From Squalus acanthias (Eukaryota), in NCBI GenBank assembly GCA_030390025.1, contig JASTWF010000067.1:186001-250000 (forward strand): a DNA stretch of 64,000 bases, written 5' to 3'. The position numbers were made by a program, and so were the translations under genes. Shown one piece after another: positions 39,501-53,500 of the stretch (its first letter is position 1; every line of letters begins with the position of its first letter). Below the pieces are notes generated by a model. That model was given only the letters and a program-made list of their open reading frames with translations. It made no database searches and was not told the origin of the DNA.

Positions 39501-42500
39501 ATCAAGAGGCTGCAGGTTAAAAAAAGTCTGCCATCACAAATTACGCATCCAGAGAACTTGGCTCAATTCAGTACGGTGAGGGAGGAGACAAAGAAAAAGG
39601 AGAGAGGGTGCGCTGATCTGGGTCACCCAAGCTCTTCCCTCCCTCAAGCCGGGTGTTCATATGCACGCGCACAAACACTACTAAAAAAGGTGTGCGCGCG
39701 CACACATGTTGGGGGGGGGGGGGGGGGGGGGCAGCATCAAAGGGAAGGAAATGCAAAAAGTAACAAACTGCAGACATCTGAATAAGCTCACTACACCCTC
39801 CCCTCCCATCCCAGAAACATTGAAGCCTGGAGGATAATGTTTGGTTTGCTTACCAGCAACGGTGGTGGAGAGGGTCCAGGAGCAAAAGGCACTCGTCCCC
39901 ACATTTTAATCACATCCCCCAGAGGCTGGAAACCCTCATCGCAACCCCGTTTGACCAGCAGGGACATGGGGAAATATCCAGCTTGGAACCAGTCAGCCAT
40001 TTCCTGTGTCGTGAACGGACCTAAAGAAAAACAATTAACATTAAAAGTTATTTTCAGCTTCCCTAATTGGTAAAAAAAAAGTAATTGACCCCCACCCCCC
40101 CCGCACCTGTTCTGCCATTCAATTAGATCATGGCTGTTCTGTACCTCAACTCCATTTACCCGCTGTGGTTGCATATCCCCAGATACACTTAGGATCATAG
40201 AATAGTACAGCACAGAAGGAGGCCATTCGGCCCAGAGTCTGTGCCGGCTCTTCCGAAGAGCAATCCAGTTAGCCCCACTGCCCCGCTCTTTCCCCATATT
40301 CCTGCAATTCCAGATCTCCACTGCCTCCCTGTGTGAGCAGCCTATTCAATCGCAGAGGGCAGCAGTTTGGTCATCTGACCTCCATGTGACATGCATTGTC
40401 CAGGTTTTTTTTTGGACCCGGGGCAGTCAGTAGCACAGGATCGTAATCAGGAGCACAGACCATGTCTGACTCTCTCTCTCTCTCCCTGCCTTGTCCCAGA
40501 AGCTTTGATGCCAAATGTAGTGAGGCCATGGCTGCCCTGGGCGAGGTCGGGTGACTCAGCAGAGGCTGGGAATCGGACTTGCGACTTTCTGCTCTGTGCA
40601 GTTTAGTACTACACCAAGTGATGGCCAAGTGATTCGAATCCACCCGCAATAACCAGACTGTTCGCAACTTCGGCGTCAAGTTTGACCCCGAGATGAGCTT
40701 CCGATCACATATCCACCTGATCACTAAAAACCATCCATGTCTTTGTTACCTCCAGACTTCACTATTCCAACGCACTCCTGGCCGGCCTCCCAAGTTCTAT
40801 CCTCTGTAAACTTGAGGTCGTCCAATACTCTGCTGCCCATGTCCTAACTCGCACCAAGTCCCGCTCGCCCATCACACCCTGTGCTCGCTGACCTACATTA
40901 GCTCCCGATTAAGCAACGCCGTGATTTAAAAATTCTCATCCTGGTTTTCAAATCCCTCCACGGCCTCTTCCCTCCCAATCTCTAACCTCCTGCGACCCTC
41001 CGAGATCTCTGCGCTTCTCCAGTTCTGGCCGCTTGAGCATCCCCGATTTCAATCTTTCCACCATTGGCGGCTGTGCCTTCAGCTGCCTGGGCCCCAAGCT
41101 CTGGAATTCCCTCCCTAAACCTCTCCGCCTCTCTCTCCTCCTTTAAATTTGACCAAGCTTTTGGTCATCTGCCCTAGTATCTCCAGATGTGGCTTGGTGT
41201 CAAATTTTGTTCGATAACGCTCCTCTGAAGAGCCTTGGGACGTTTTACTACATTAAAAGCACTATAGCTGTTGCTGTAATAAGGAGGTAAGAGGTCTATC
41301 CAATTCTCCTTGTCGAACCGCACTTCCGACTGTTGGGAGCTCGGCTTACCTTGGATCTCTCCCTGCGGGTCCTTGTAGAACCATTTCATGGCTGCCTCGT
41401 GCGAGAGGGGTAAGGCAGCGGCAGCTCGGCTCCTCTGATCCTGCATCATCTCCACGAACCGCTCATCGTCCAGCGAGTTGTCGTGCAGTGACGCGACCAT
41501 TTTTTCAGCTTCCTGCGGTGGAGAAACCACAAGGCGGGAAAGGCCGTGAAAAGTCACGAGGGGGCGGAACAGAACGCTCACGCTGCCGTTTGAGGGCCGC
41601 CTTTTCATTTTAAAATCAGGCTCAACTTTCAAGGGGGGGGGGGGGGGGGGGGGGGGGGGAGAGGAAGAGACAGTGCCCCTCGTGCCTAGAAATGTTCCGT
41701 ATAATTTTTGTTGGTGGTTGACTCCTTTAACTAGCTGCGCGGCCTATTTAAATTTTCGTGCATGCGCGGTTTCGCCCATGTGAAAGCCGGTGAGCGGCCT
41801 GCACGGGACCTCCAACGGGCATTGTGGTATGACCAGAGTCGGAAACCTTTGGTAATCCACCAAAACAAAACGGACAACAAATGCATCACAAATTAAACCT
41901 TAGAGGGTCCGTATTTGAGAGGCACAGTTTTAACGTAAAATAATCGGCTACAATTTTTAACCTCATGTTTTAAGAAAATGCCCATTGGGTGGGATAAAAT
42001 GCAGCCTGCAGTGTCACCGCTGTTTCCAGGGCAGCAGGTTCCTGGATTTCAGCCTCTTCAGGACAATGTGGCATGGCAAAGAAATATCTCCCCCCCCCCC
42101 CCCCCACCCCTGCAAAACAGATGAGCCCCCTCTTCCCTACCTGTTCAAAACGTTTCATCCCTTCATCGTCATCATTGTCCGCTGGTGCGAATTCAGCAGT
42201 GGTGCCGGGATAAGGAGGAGAGGAGGAAGGTGAAGAGGACGACAAAGTGGACACCGTTGCTGGACTTAGCTGAGCAGGCTGGCCCAAATTCACAGCTTCT
42301 GCGCGGGAAGGAAAAAAAAAAAATCAAAAAAGGTCAAGAGTCGGAACGTACATGCGGACAAAATAAATCCTGAAATTTAGCCTTTGAAACCGAGATGGTC
42401 GGGCAGCACCTCAGTAACACAGCACTGGAGCTGCGTCGAAGAATGCAGCACTTCAGATTGAGCCCATGATTCCCCCATACGATAAGCCTCCATAGTCCCA

Positions 42501-45500
42501 CCTTCGAATTACGGCGAGTCGAGGTCAGTTTACATCCCCACAGCGAGGGAAGGGAACTTGGGAGCTACATAGGATTACATTGGATATACGGCACAGAAAC
42601 AGGCCATTCGGCCCAACCAGTCCATGCCGGCATTTATGTTCCACTCGAGCCTCCTCCCGTCTTTCCTCATCTACCTCGATCATCGTAACCCTCTATTCCC
42701 TTCTCCCTCATATGCTTCTCCCGTCCTACTGCTAAAAGCAGAAAATGCTGGAATGACAGCATCCGAAGGGAAAAGACAGTCAACGCATATCGGGTTTAGA
42801 CCCTTCGTCAGAACTGGTTTTAACAAACAGTCCACCCTCAAAATGCCAACTGTCTTTCCTAGTTACTGACCGGCCATGATGTGTACTTCCAGTATTTTCT
42901 GCTTTTATTTCCAATTACCAGGAATTTTTTCCCCCCCTTCTCAAGGGGAAATGAGAGGCCCAGTCAGCAAGACCATTCTCGCTCTCAGCCTACAGCTGGT
43001 TAGAGAACGGCACTGGTAAAAAAAAAAAAATCACGTTTACAAAAACCTTTTTAAAAATTGCAGGGATATGGGGAAAGAGCAGGGGGGGAGTGGGACTAAC
43101 TGGATTGCTCTTTGAAAGAGCTGGCGCAGACTCGATGGGCCAAATGGCCTCCTTACTATTCTATGTTTCGATGAAACTGCTTTCTAACCACTTCAACGCA
43201 ACCGCATCCTGTCCAGCAACCACCCACTTCGATAAGTGGAGCACACAGGAAGAGACAAAACCATTTCAGACGGCCATTTGGATTTATTAAAACTTTCAAC
43301 AAAAATACTCTCACTTTAACAGATGGGAAACTTAAAACAAAAAAAGCATTTTCTTTAGAACAGGGGAATGAGTGTCCGGTCCACAGGGAGAAACATCTCG
43401 TCTCTGGGTCAGAACGTTCTGGGTTCTGGACCCATTCCAGGACTTAGGCGCGTTATAACAGTGACTACGCTTCAAAGGTACTTCATTGGCTGTAAAGCGC
43501 TTTGGGACATCCTGCATCGTACAAGACGGTGTATAAATGCAAGTTTTTCTTTCTTTCGCATACAGAATTAGGCAAACACTGCGTTGCAGTACTGAGGGAG
43601 CGCTGCATTGCCAGCGGTACTAAGAAGTACCTTCGATCTGCCTCTTCCAGTGGAAAGAAAAAAGTAATTGCATTTATATAGCGCCTTTCACGGCCTCAGG
43701 ACGTCCCAAAGCGCTTTACAGCCAATGAAATACTTTTGAAGTGTGGTCACTGTTGTAATGTAGGAAACACGGCAGTCAATTTGCGCACAGCAAGCTCCCA
43801 CAAACACCAATATAATAATAGCCAGATAATCTATTTTCATAGAATCAGTGATGTTGATTGAGGGATAAATATTGGCGAGGACACCGAGAACTTCCCAGCT
43901 CCTCTTCAAAATAGTGCCATGGGATCTTTTATGTCTGCCTGAGAGAGCAGAAGGGGCCTCGGTTTAACGTCTCATCCGAAAGACGGCACCTCCGACAGTG
44001 CAGCGCTCCCTCAATACTCGCACGCAGCCTAGAGTTTTGTGCTCAAGTCTCTGGAGTGGGACGTGAACTGACTCAGAGACAAGAGTGCTGCCCACTGAGC
44101 CACGGCTACATACTACAAGTGGATGTTAAACTTCCCAACGCTCTATTTTGAAGAGGAGTTGGAAGTTCTGCCCAACATTACTCACCTAACAAATACTGCC
44201 AGAGATTTTTTGGATATTAAGGGAATCAAGGGATATGGGGATAGTGCAGGAAAGTGGAGATGAGGTCGAAGATCAGCCATGATCTTATTGAATGGCGGAG
44301 CAGGCTCGAAGGGCCAAATGGCCGACTCCTGCTCCTATTTCTTATGTTCTTAAAATTATGAACTGGTCACCTCATCGTTACTGTGGGATGTTACTGACTA
44401 CTGCGTTTGCCTTTGTAACAGTCTCTACATGAAGCATTTGAAAGACATTTCAGCGAGGTGATATGGTGCTGTATAAACATATCCAAAATCACCACTTGAT
44501 TGTCCAAGTCGGGTGCGCTATTATGAATGTGTAGGTAAGGAAGCTCAGTGTATTTGAATAAACACACTTCAATTTTTTATACGTTCAAAAAAAATTTTAA
44601 GCACACACCACAGCAGCAGAGCAGCATGAGAGCTGGCCCAGAGTCACCCGACGCCAGGAAAACACAAGACTGGCTGGGGAACCCGTGTATCCAGCTGCCT
44701 GTGTGCTTCCCAGGATCAGGCAGATGTACTTTGGCTCTCGAGAGGATCGAAAGTTGCTGCACTCATTGCTTTCCATCGAGCTTTCCTGGGACACACGAAG
44801 GGTATCCCCTATGGACGAAATGAGATGCAGCCAAAGGAAATAGTCGACATGGCAGCCCTCGGGAAGGTGAATGGTTAACATTAATACTTTTTTTTTAAAT
44901 AGACAAACACACATATAATATATAACTTCTTTCAGATGAGTTGTTAAACCGAGGCCCCGTCTGCTCTCAGGCGGACGTACAAGATCCCACGGCACTATTT
45001 CGAAGAGCAGGGGTGTTCTGGGGCCAATATTTATCCCTCAACCAACATCACTAAAACAGATTATCTGGTCATTATCACATGCTGTTTGTGGGAGCTTGCT
45101 GTGCGCAAATTGGCTGCCACATTTCCTACATTACAACAGTGACTACACTTCAAAAAGTACTTCATTGGCTGTAAAGCGCTTTGGGACGTCTTGAGGACAT
45201 GAAAGGTGCTATATAAATGCAAGTCTTTCTTTTCTTCTACCTACAACATATAATATATATAATTTTTTCAATATACATATGACAGGGAACTTTGCATGGT
45301 AAGTGCACCCTTGGACGTTCCTGCCCCTTTAACTGGTTATCAATCTTTGCACTCTAGATTGTTGCATCAGAACCAGCGGATAATGTTAGAAATGAAAAAT
45401 ACTGTATATGATTAAAATCTGAAGAAAGAAACAGCAAATGCTGAACTTGCGCAGATTGGATACTGACCCACTACTGCATATTTCCAACATCGATTGCACG

Positions 45501-47545
45501 ACAAATTCCACACGTTGCCTTTACATGGTGTATAAAGACAAGTGAGCGGTTTACGGCGAGTAATTATTAGATTTCCGTACCATCAGCAGCAGGTTTGTTC
45601 TGTCCCTGGGTGTCTGACGCAGAATCCGCCATGTCAGGCTCAGCCCTGTGCACGACAGGCTCACATTCTTCAGGTACCGCGAGGAACACCTCCTGGGCCT
45701 GAGACTCGGAGGGGGAGGATGACGAACATGGAGAGGTTTTGCCGTTGTACACCTCGGTTGGCAGATCGGTTCTGTCTGTTGTGGATAAACAGGGTTATTC
45801 AGGAGCACAATCTTCGAGGAGCAACGGCTTATGGATTAATTTGAAGAGCTCCCCACTTGGCATACTAGGCACGAACACTGCCATGGTTAGTTCCTGGTTT
45901 TAGCTGATTTTAGCCAGGTATATATGTGTGAGTGAGACGGCAATGGGGATGCTGCAACTAGCCGCACCGCCTCCAGGCTAGGAATGGGCTCCTGATCACG
46001 ACCGAGTGACCTAAGAATTAGGAGAAGTAGGCCATACGACCCTTCGAGCCTGTTCCACCATTCAATAAGATCATGGCTGATCTTCTACCTCCATTTCTAC
46101 CTATTCTCCACTTTCCCGCCCGATCCCATATCCCTCGATTCCCCTAGAGTCCAAAAATCTATCTCAGCCTTGAATAGACGACTGAGCAGCCACAGTCCTC
46201 TGGAGTAGAGAATTCCAAAGATTCACAACCCTCTGAGTAAAGAAATTTCTCCTATCAGTCTTAAATGGCCGACACCTTATCCTGAAACTCTGCCCCCTAG
46301 TTCTAAACTCTCCAGACAGGGGAAACAACCTCTCAGCATCTAACCCTGTCAATCATCTTCATAATCTTGCATATTTCAATGAGATCACCTCTTATTCTTC
46401 TAAACTCCAGAGAGTATAGGCTCAATCCTGGGATGGCCGGACTGACAGATCAAGAAAGATTGGGTCAACTGAACTTGTATCCTCTGGAGTTCAGAAGAAT
46501 GAGGGGGGATCTTATAGAGACATTTAAAATCCTGACTGGTTTAGACAAATTAGATGCGGGCAGAATGTTCCCAATGGTAGGGAAAACTAGAACCAGGGGT
46601 CACAGTCTAAGGATTAAGGGGAAGCCATTTAGGACTGAGCTGAGGAGGAACTTCTTCACCCAGAGAGTGGTGAATCTATGGAATTCTCTTCCACAGAAGG
46701 TTGTTGAGGCCAGTTCGCTAAATATATTCAAAAGGGAGTTAGATATAACACTCACAACTAGGGGGATCAAGGGGTATGGCGAGAAAGCAGGAATGGGGTA
46801 CTGAGGTAGCATGTTCAGCCATGAACGCATTGAATGGCGGTGCAGGCTCGAAGGACCGAATGGTCTACTCCTGTACCTATTTTCTATGTTTCTATGTCTA
46901 TGTAATCTACTCAATCTCTTCTCATAGGACATCCCTCTCATCCCAGGAATCAATCGAGTGAACCTCATCCCAGGAATCAATCGGGTGAACCTCATCCCAG
47001 GAATCAATCGAGTGAACCTCATCCCAGGAATCAATCTCGTGAACCTCATCCCAGGAATCAATCTCGTGAACCTCATCCCAGGAATCAATCTAGTGAACCT
47101 CATCCCAGGAATCAATCTCGTGAACCTCATCCCAGGAATCAATCTCGTGAACCTCATCCCAGGAATCAATCTCGTGAACCTCATCCCAGGAATCAATCTC
47201 GTGAACCTCATCCCAGGAATCAATCTCGTGAACCTCATCCCAGGAATCAATCTCGTGAACCTCATCCCAGGAATCAATCGAGTGAACCTCATCCCAGGAA
47301 TCAATCGAGTGAACCTCATCCCAGGAATCAATCTAGTGACCGCTGCTAAAATGTGCATGTGTGGACACCGGGGGTTAAGACAGTTTGGCTGTGATGCCCT
47401 CCCGCAGTCGAGTAGCCTGCCAACAATGTCTAGACTCAGTCGAATGGCCACTCGGAAAAGGTATGGGCTGTCGGGCAGGCAACCTACCGACCAACATCCC
47501 CTTCCCCATAAACAGGAAACGGGGTGTTCGAGAGATTTCTAGGTT

Positions 47546-47580
<35 letters not shown>

Positions 47581-50500
47581 GAAAGAGAGAGGAGGAAAGA
47601 GTGAGAAGGGTGAAAAATAATTAAGAAAACAGTATATTCACAAGGAGGGCAGTTTTGTCAAAATGTCACAGCACTGTTCAGTGCAACCAGATGTATAGGG
47701 GAACAATACCTGGCACTGCCACGAGGTGCCCTCAGCACCCCTGGAATCTGGCGCACAAGTCTATTCATTCTGTCTGCATTACAAAAGTGATTGCCTTTGC
47801 ATGTCTAGGCATCTCACCGGCCACCAATGTAACCCATCTCCCATTTACCTGGGTAGCATCAGTGCAAACCCACTTGATGCCCAGCCACCTGCAGTGTTGC
47901 CCCTCGCCATCGCCCCCCACCCCCAGGATGTCCTCTGTGCTCTCGTGTGGGCGGCTAACCATATGAGGGAGGGCCAAGGGAAGGGAAAATTGCTGTAAAA
48001 ACCCTTTTAATTTTTGCTGAGAATTACAAGAGTCTCTTTCCGGTACTACAGAACCTGGTGCGTAGGGTTGAGGCAGCACAGAGGTTATTTAATCCTGGAC
48101 CGAACCAGGTCATAAATGACCTGGCTGTGCTCAATGCCGACACTGGGTGTCTGAAGTGGAGATCAAATAAGTATTCGCGTTCGGTTACCTGCATCACCAT
48201 TTTCAACATCCCCTTCCCCATAAACAGGAAACGGGGTGTTCGAGAGATTTCTAGGTTTTGGGGGGGGGGGGGGGGGAGGGGGGAGAAAGAGAGAGGAGGA
48301 AAGAGTGAGAAGGGTGAAAAATAATTAAGAAAACAGTATATTCACAAGGAGGGCAGTTTTGTCAAAATGTCACAGCACTGTTCAGTGCAACCAGATGTAT
48401 AGGGGAACAATACCTGGCACTGCCACGAGGTGCCCTCAGCACCCCTGGAATCTGGCGCACAAGTCTATTCATTCTGTCTGCATTACAAAAGTGATTGCCT
48501 TTGCATGTCTAGGCATCTCACCGGCCACCAATGTAACCCATCTCCCATTTACCTGGGTAGCATCAGTGCAAACCCACTTGATGCCCAGCCACCTGCAGTG
48601 TTGCCCCTCGCCATCGCCCCCCACCCCCAGGATGTCCTCTGTGCTCTCGTGTGGGCGGCTAACCATATGAGGGAGGGCCAAGGGAAGGGAAAATTGCTGT
48701 AAAAACCCTTTTAATTTTTGCTGAGAATTACAAGAGTCTCTTTCCGGTACTACAGAACCTGGTGCGTAGGGTTGAGGCAGCACAGAGGTTATTTAATCCT
48801 GGACCGAACCAGGTCATAAATGACCTGGCTGTGCTCAATGCCGACACTGGGTGTCTGAAGTGGAGATCAAATAAGTATTCGCGTTCGGTTACCTGCATCA
48901 CCATTTTCAACATCCCCTTCCCCATAAACAGGAAACGGGGTGTTCGAGAGATTTCTAGGTTTTGGGGGGGGGGGGGGGGGGGAGGGGGGAGAAAGAGAGA
49001 GGAGGAAAGAGTGAGAAGGGTGAAAAATAATTAAGAAAACAGTATATTCACAAGGAGGGCAGTTTTGTCAAAATGTCACAGCACTGTTCAGTGCAACCAG
49101 ATGTATAGGGGAACAATACCTGGCACTGCCACGAGGTGCCCTCAGCACCCCTGGAATCTGGCGCACAAGTCTATTCATTCTGTCTGCATTACAAAAGTGA
49201 TTGCCTTTGCATGTCTAGGCATCTCACCGGCCACCAATGTAACCCATCTCCCATTTACCTGGGTAGCATCAGTGCAAACCCACTTGATGCCCAGCCACCT
49301 GCAGTGTTGCCCCTCGCCATCGCCCCCCACCCCCAGGATGTCCTCTGTGCTCTCGTGTGGGCGGCTAACCATATGAGGGAGGGCCAAGGGAAGGGAAAAT
49401 TGCTGTAAAAACCCTTTTAATTTTTGCTGAGAATTACAAGAGTCTCTTTCCGGTACTACAGAACCTGGTGCGTAGGGTTGAGGCAGCACAGAGGTTATTT
49501 AATCCTGGACCGAACCAGGTCATAAATGACCTGGCTGTGCTCAATGCCGACACTGGGTGTCTGAAGTGGAGATCAAATAAGTATTCGCGTTCGGTTACCT
49601 GCATCACCATTTTCAACATCCCCTTCCCCATAAACAGGAAACGGGGTGTTCGAGAGATTTCTAGGTTTTGGGGGGGGGGGGGGGGGGGGGGGGGGAGGGG
49701 GGAGAAAGAGAGAGGAGGAAAGAGTGAGAAGGGTGAAAAATAATTAAGAAAACAGTATATTCACAAGGAGGGCAGTTTTGTCAAAATGTCACAGCACTGT
49801 TCAGTGCAACCAGATGTATAGGGGAACAATACCTGGCACTGCCACGAGGTGCCCTCAGCACCCCTGGAATCTGGCGCACAAGTCTATTCATTCTGTCTGC
49901 ATTACAAAAGTGATTGCCTTTGCATGTCTAGGCATCTCACCGGCCACCAATGTAACCCATCTCCCATTTACCTGGGTAGCATCAGTGCAAACCCACTTGA
50001 TGCCCAGCCACCTGCAGTGTTGCCCCTCGCCATCGCCCCCCACCCCCAGGATGTCCTCTGTGCTCTCGTGTGGGCGGCTAACCATATGAGGGAGGGCCAA
50101 GGGAAGGGAAAATTGCTGTAAAAACCCTTTTAATTTTTGCTGAGAATTACAAGAGTCTCTTTCCGGTACTACAGAACCTGGTGCGTAGGGTTGAGGCAGC
50201 ACAGAGGTTATTTAATCCTGGACCGAACCAGGTCATAAATGACCTGGCTGTGCTCAATGCCGACACTGGGTGTCTGAAGTGGAGATCAAATAAGTATTCG
50301 CGTTCGGTTACCTGCATCACCATTTTCCGTCCTATCTGACTCCTTATAAAATTCCATATCATATTCGTTCTCTGGTCGCTCGTCCAACTCGTCCACTCCT
50401 CTGAAGTCCAGCTCCTGCTCCTCGGGAATCGGTTCCTTGGAACCTTTCTGTTTAACACACCAATTAAGAATCAGTTAGGGATAAACACAGCGCAGGACAC

Positions 50501-53500
50501 TGACTGAAGAGGTGGTTGGCAGAGAGCTGCAAGAATTACATTACATCGAATTTACAGCACAGAAACAAGCCATTCAGCCCAACTTAACATAGAAGATATG
50601 GCCTACTCCTGCTCCTTCGGCCCCTCGAGCCTGCTCCGCCATTCGATGAGATCATGGCTGATCATCTAAACTCAGTACCCTGTACCTGCCTTCTCCCCAT
50701 ATCCCTTGATACCTTTAGCTTTAAGAAATATATCTAACTCATCCTTGAATATATTTAATGACTTCGCCTCAACTACCTTCTGTGGTAGAGAATTCCACAG
50801 GTTCACCACTCTCTGGGCGAAGAAATTCTTCCTCATTTCTGTCCTAAATGGTTTACCCGTTATCCGTAGATTATGACCCCTGGTTCTGGACTCTCCGACC
50901 ATCGGGAACATTCTTCCTGCATCTAGTTTGTCCAGACCTGTCAGAATTTTATATGTTTCGATGAGATCCCCTCTCATTCTGCGAAACTCCAGTGAGTATA
51001 AGCCCAATCGACCCAATCTCTCCTCATATGTCATTCCTGCCATCCCAGGTATCAGCCTTGTGAATCTTCGCTGAACTCCTTCCATGGCAAGAACATCCTT
51101 CCTCAGATAAGGCGACCAAAACTGCACACAGTACTCAAGGTGTGGTCTCACCAAGGCCCTGTACAACTGCAGCAGTCATGATGCGGAGATGCCGGTGTTG
51201 GACTGGGGTGGACAAAATTGAGAGGTCGCACAACACCAGGTTATAGTCCAACAGTTTTATTTGAAATCACAAGCTTTCGGAGCTATCGATCGCACCTGAG
51301 GAAGGGGCGATCGATAGCTCCGAAAGCTTGTAACTGCAGCAGGACATCCCTGTTCCTATACTCAAAGCCTTTCGCTATGAAGGCCAACATACCATTTGCC
51401 TTCTTCACCGCCTGCTGCACCTGCATGCTTACTTTCAGCGACTGGTGCACAAGGACACCCAGGTCTCGTTGCACTTCCCCTTCTCCCAATCTATTGCCAT
51501 TCAGATAATAGTCTGCCTTTCTGTTTTTGACACCAAAGTGGATAACCTCGCACTTATCCACGTTATATTGCTTCTGCCCACTCACCCAACCTGTCCAGAT
51601 CATCCTGGAGTTTCTCGCTATCCTCCTCGCTGCACACACTCCCACCCAGCTTTGTGTCACCTGCAAACTTGGAGATATTACATTTAATTCCCTTATCTAG
51701 ATCATTAATGTATATTGTGAATAGCTGGGGTCCAAGGACCGATCCCTGCGGTACCCCACTAGTCACTGCTTGCCACTCGGAAAAAGACCCATTAATTCCT
51801 ACTCTCTGCTTTCTGTCCGCCAACCAGTTCTCTATCCAAGTCAATACCTTGCCCCCAATCCCATGTGCCTTAACTTTACCCGCTAATCTCTTATGCGGGA
51901 CCTTATCGAAAGCCTTTTGAAAGTCCAAATACACCACATCTACTGGTTCTCCCTTATCTATTTTCCCAGTTACATCCTCAAAAAATTCCAGTAGATTAGT
52001 CAAGCACTATTTACCTTTTGTAAATCCATGTTGACTTTGTCCGATCTGGTCACTGTTTTTCAAATGCTCAGCTATTACATCCTTTATAATGGACTCTAGC
52101 ATTTTCCCCACTACCGATGTCAGGCTTACCGGTCTGTAATTCCCCGCTTTCTCTCTACCACCCTTTTTGAATAGTGGGGTAACATTAGCTACCCTCCAAT
52201 CCATGGGTACAGTTCCAGATTCCATCGAATGTTGGAAGATGATCAGCAATGCATCTACTATTTCTAGGGCCACTTCCTTAAGTACCCTAGGATGTAGATT
52301 ATCAGGCCCTGGGGATTTATCGGCCTTCAATACCGTCAATTTCCCTAACACCATTTCCCTGCAAATACTGATTTCTTTCAGTTCCTCCCTTTCATCAGAC
52401 CGTATGTTCTCCAACATCTCTGGGAGGTTATTTGTGTCCTCCTTTGTGAAGACAGAACCAAAATATGCATTTAATTGGGCTGCCATTTCTTTGTTCCCCA
52501 TTATAACTTCCCCCGCTTCTGACTGCAAGGGACCTACACTTGATTTCACTAATCTTTTTCTCTTCACATATCTATAAAAGCTCTTACAGTCAGTTTTTAT
52601 GTTCCCAGCAAGCTTACTTTCATATTCTATTTTCCCCTTCTTAATTAATCCCTTTGTCCTCCTTTGTTGAATCCTAAACTGCTCCCAATCCTCAGGGCTA
52701 CCGCTTTTTCTGGCCAATTTATATGCCCTCTCCTTGGATCTTATGCTATCCCTAATTTCCCTTGTTAGCCACGGTTGAGTCACCCTTTTTGTTTTATTCT
52801 TATGCCACACTGGGATGTACAAATTCTGTAGTTCATCCATGCAGTCTTTGAATGTTTGCCATTGCCTATCCACCGTCAACCCCTTGCGTGACATTCCCCA
52901 ATCAATCCTACCCAATTCGCGCCTCATACCATCGTAGTTTCCTTTATTTAAATTCAGGACCCTAGTCTCTGATTCAACTACTTCACTCTCCATCCTAATG
53001 AAGAATTCTATCATATTATGATCACTCTGACCCAAGGGGCCTCGTACAACAAGATTGCTAATTAATCCTTTCTCGTTGCATAATACCCAGTCTAAGATGG
53101 CCTGATCTCTGGTTGGTTCCTCGACATATTGTTCCAGAAAACCATCTCGTAAACATTCTAGGAATTCCTCCTCCACAGTATTTTTACTAATTTGGTTAGC
53201 CCAATCTATATGTAAATTAAAGTCACCCATGATGACTGCTGTGCCCTTACTGCATGCTTCTCTAATTTCCCTTTTAATGCCGTCCCCAACCTCCGTATTA
53301 CTGTTTGGAGGTCTATATACCACTCCCACTAACGTTTTCTGCCCCTTGTTATTTCTTAGTTCTACCCATACAGATTCCGCATCATCAGAGCTAATATCCT
53401 TCCTTTCAATTGTGTTAATCCCCTCTTTAACCAGCAATGCTACCCCACCTCCCTTTCTTTTTTGCCTATCTTTCCTAAATATTGAATAACCCTGGATGTT

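Noticed and set aside
46600-47542. ORFs with (RFTRLIPGM)n or (NLIPGINLV)n
   Set aside because: 27-bp tandem repeat derived from CR1 ORF2.
48189-49660. Idea that including all three 62-nt pseudo-exons (186 nt) restores the frame
   Set aside because: The second copy is read in a frame containing TGT TGA, so the product is truncated.
47655-50202. Four identical sets of ~100-aa ORFs resembling a tandem gene array
   Set aside because: Chance ORFs replicated by an intronic duplication; no recognisable protein.
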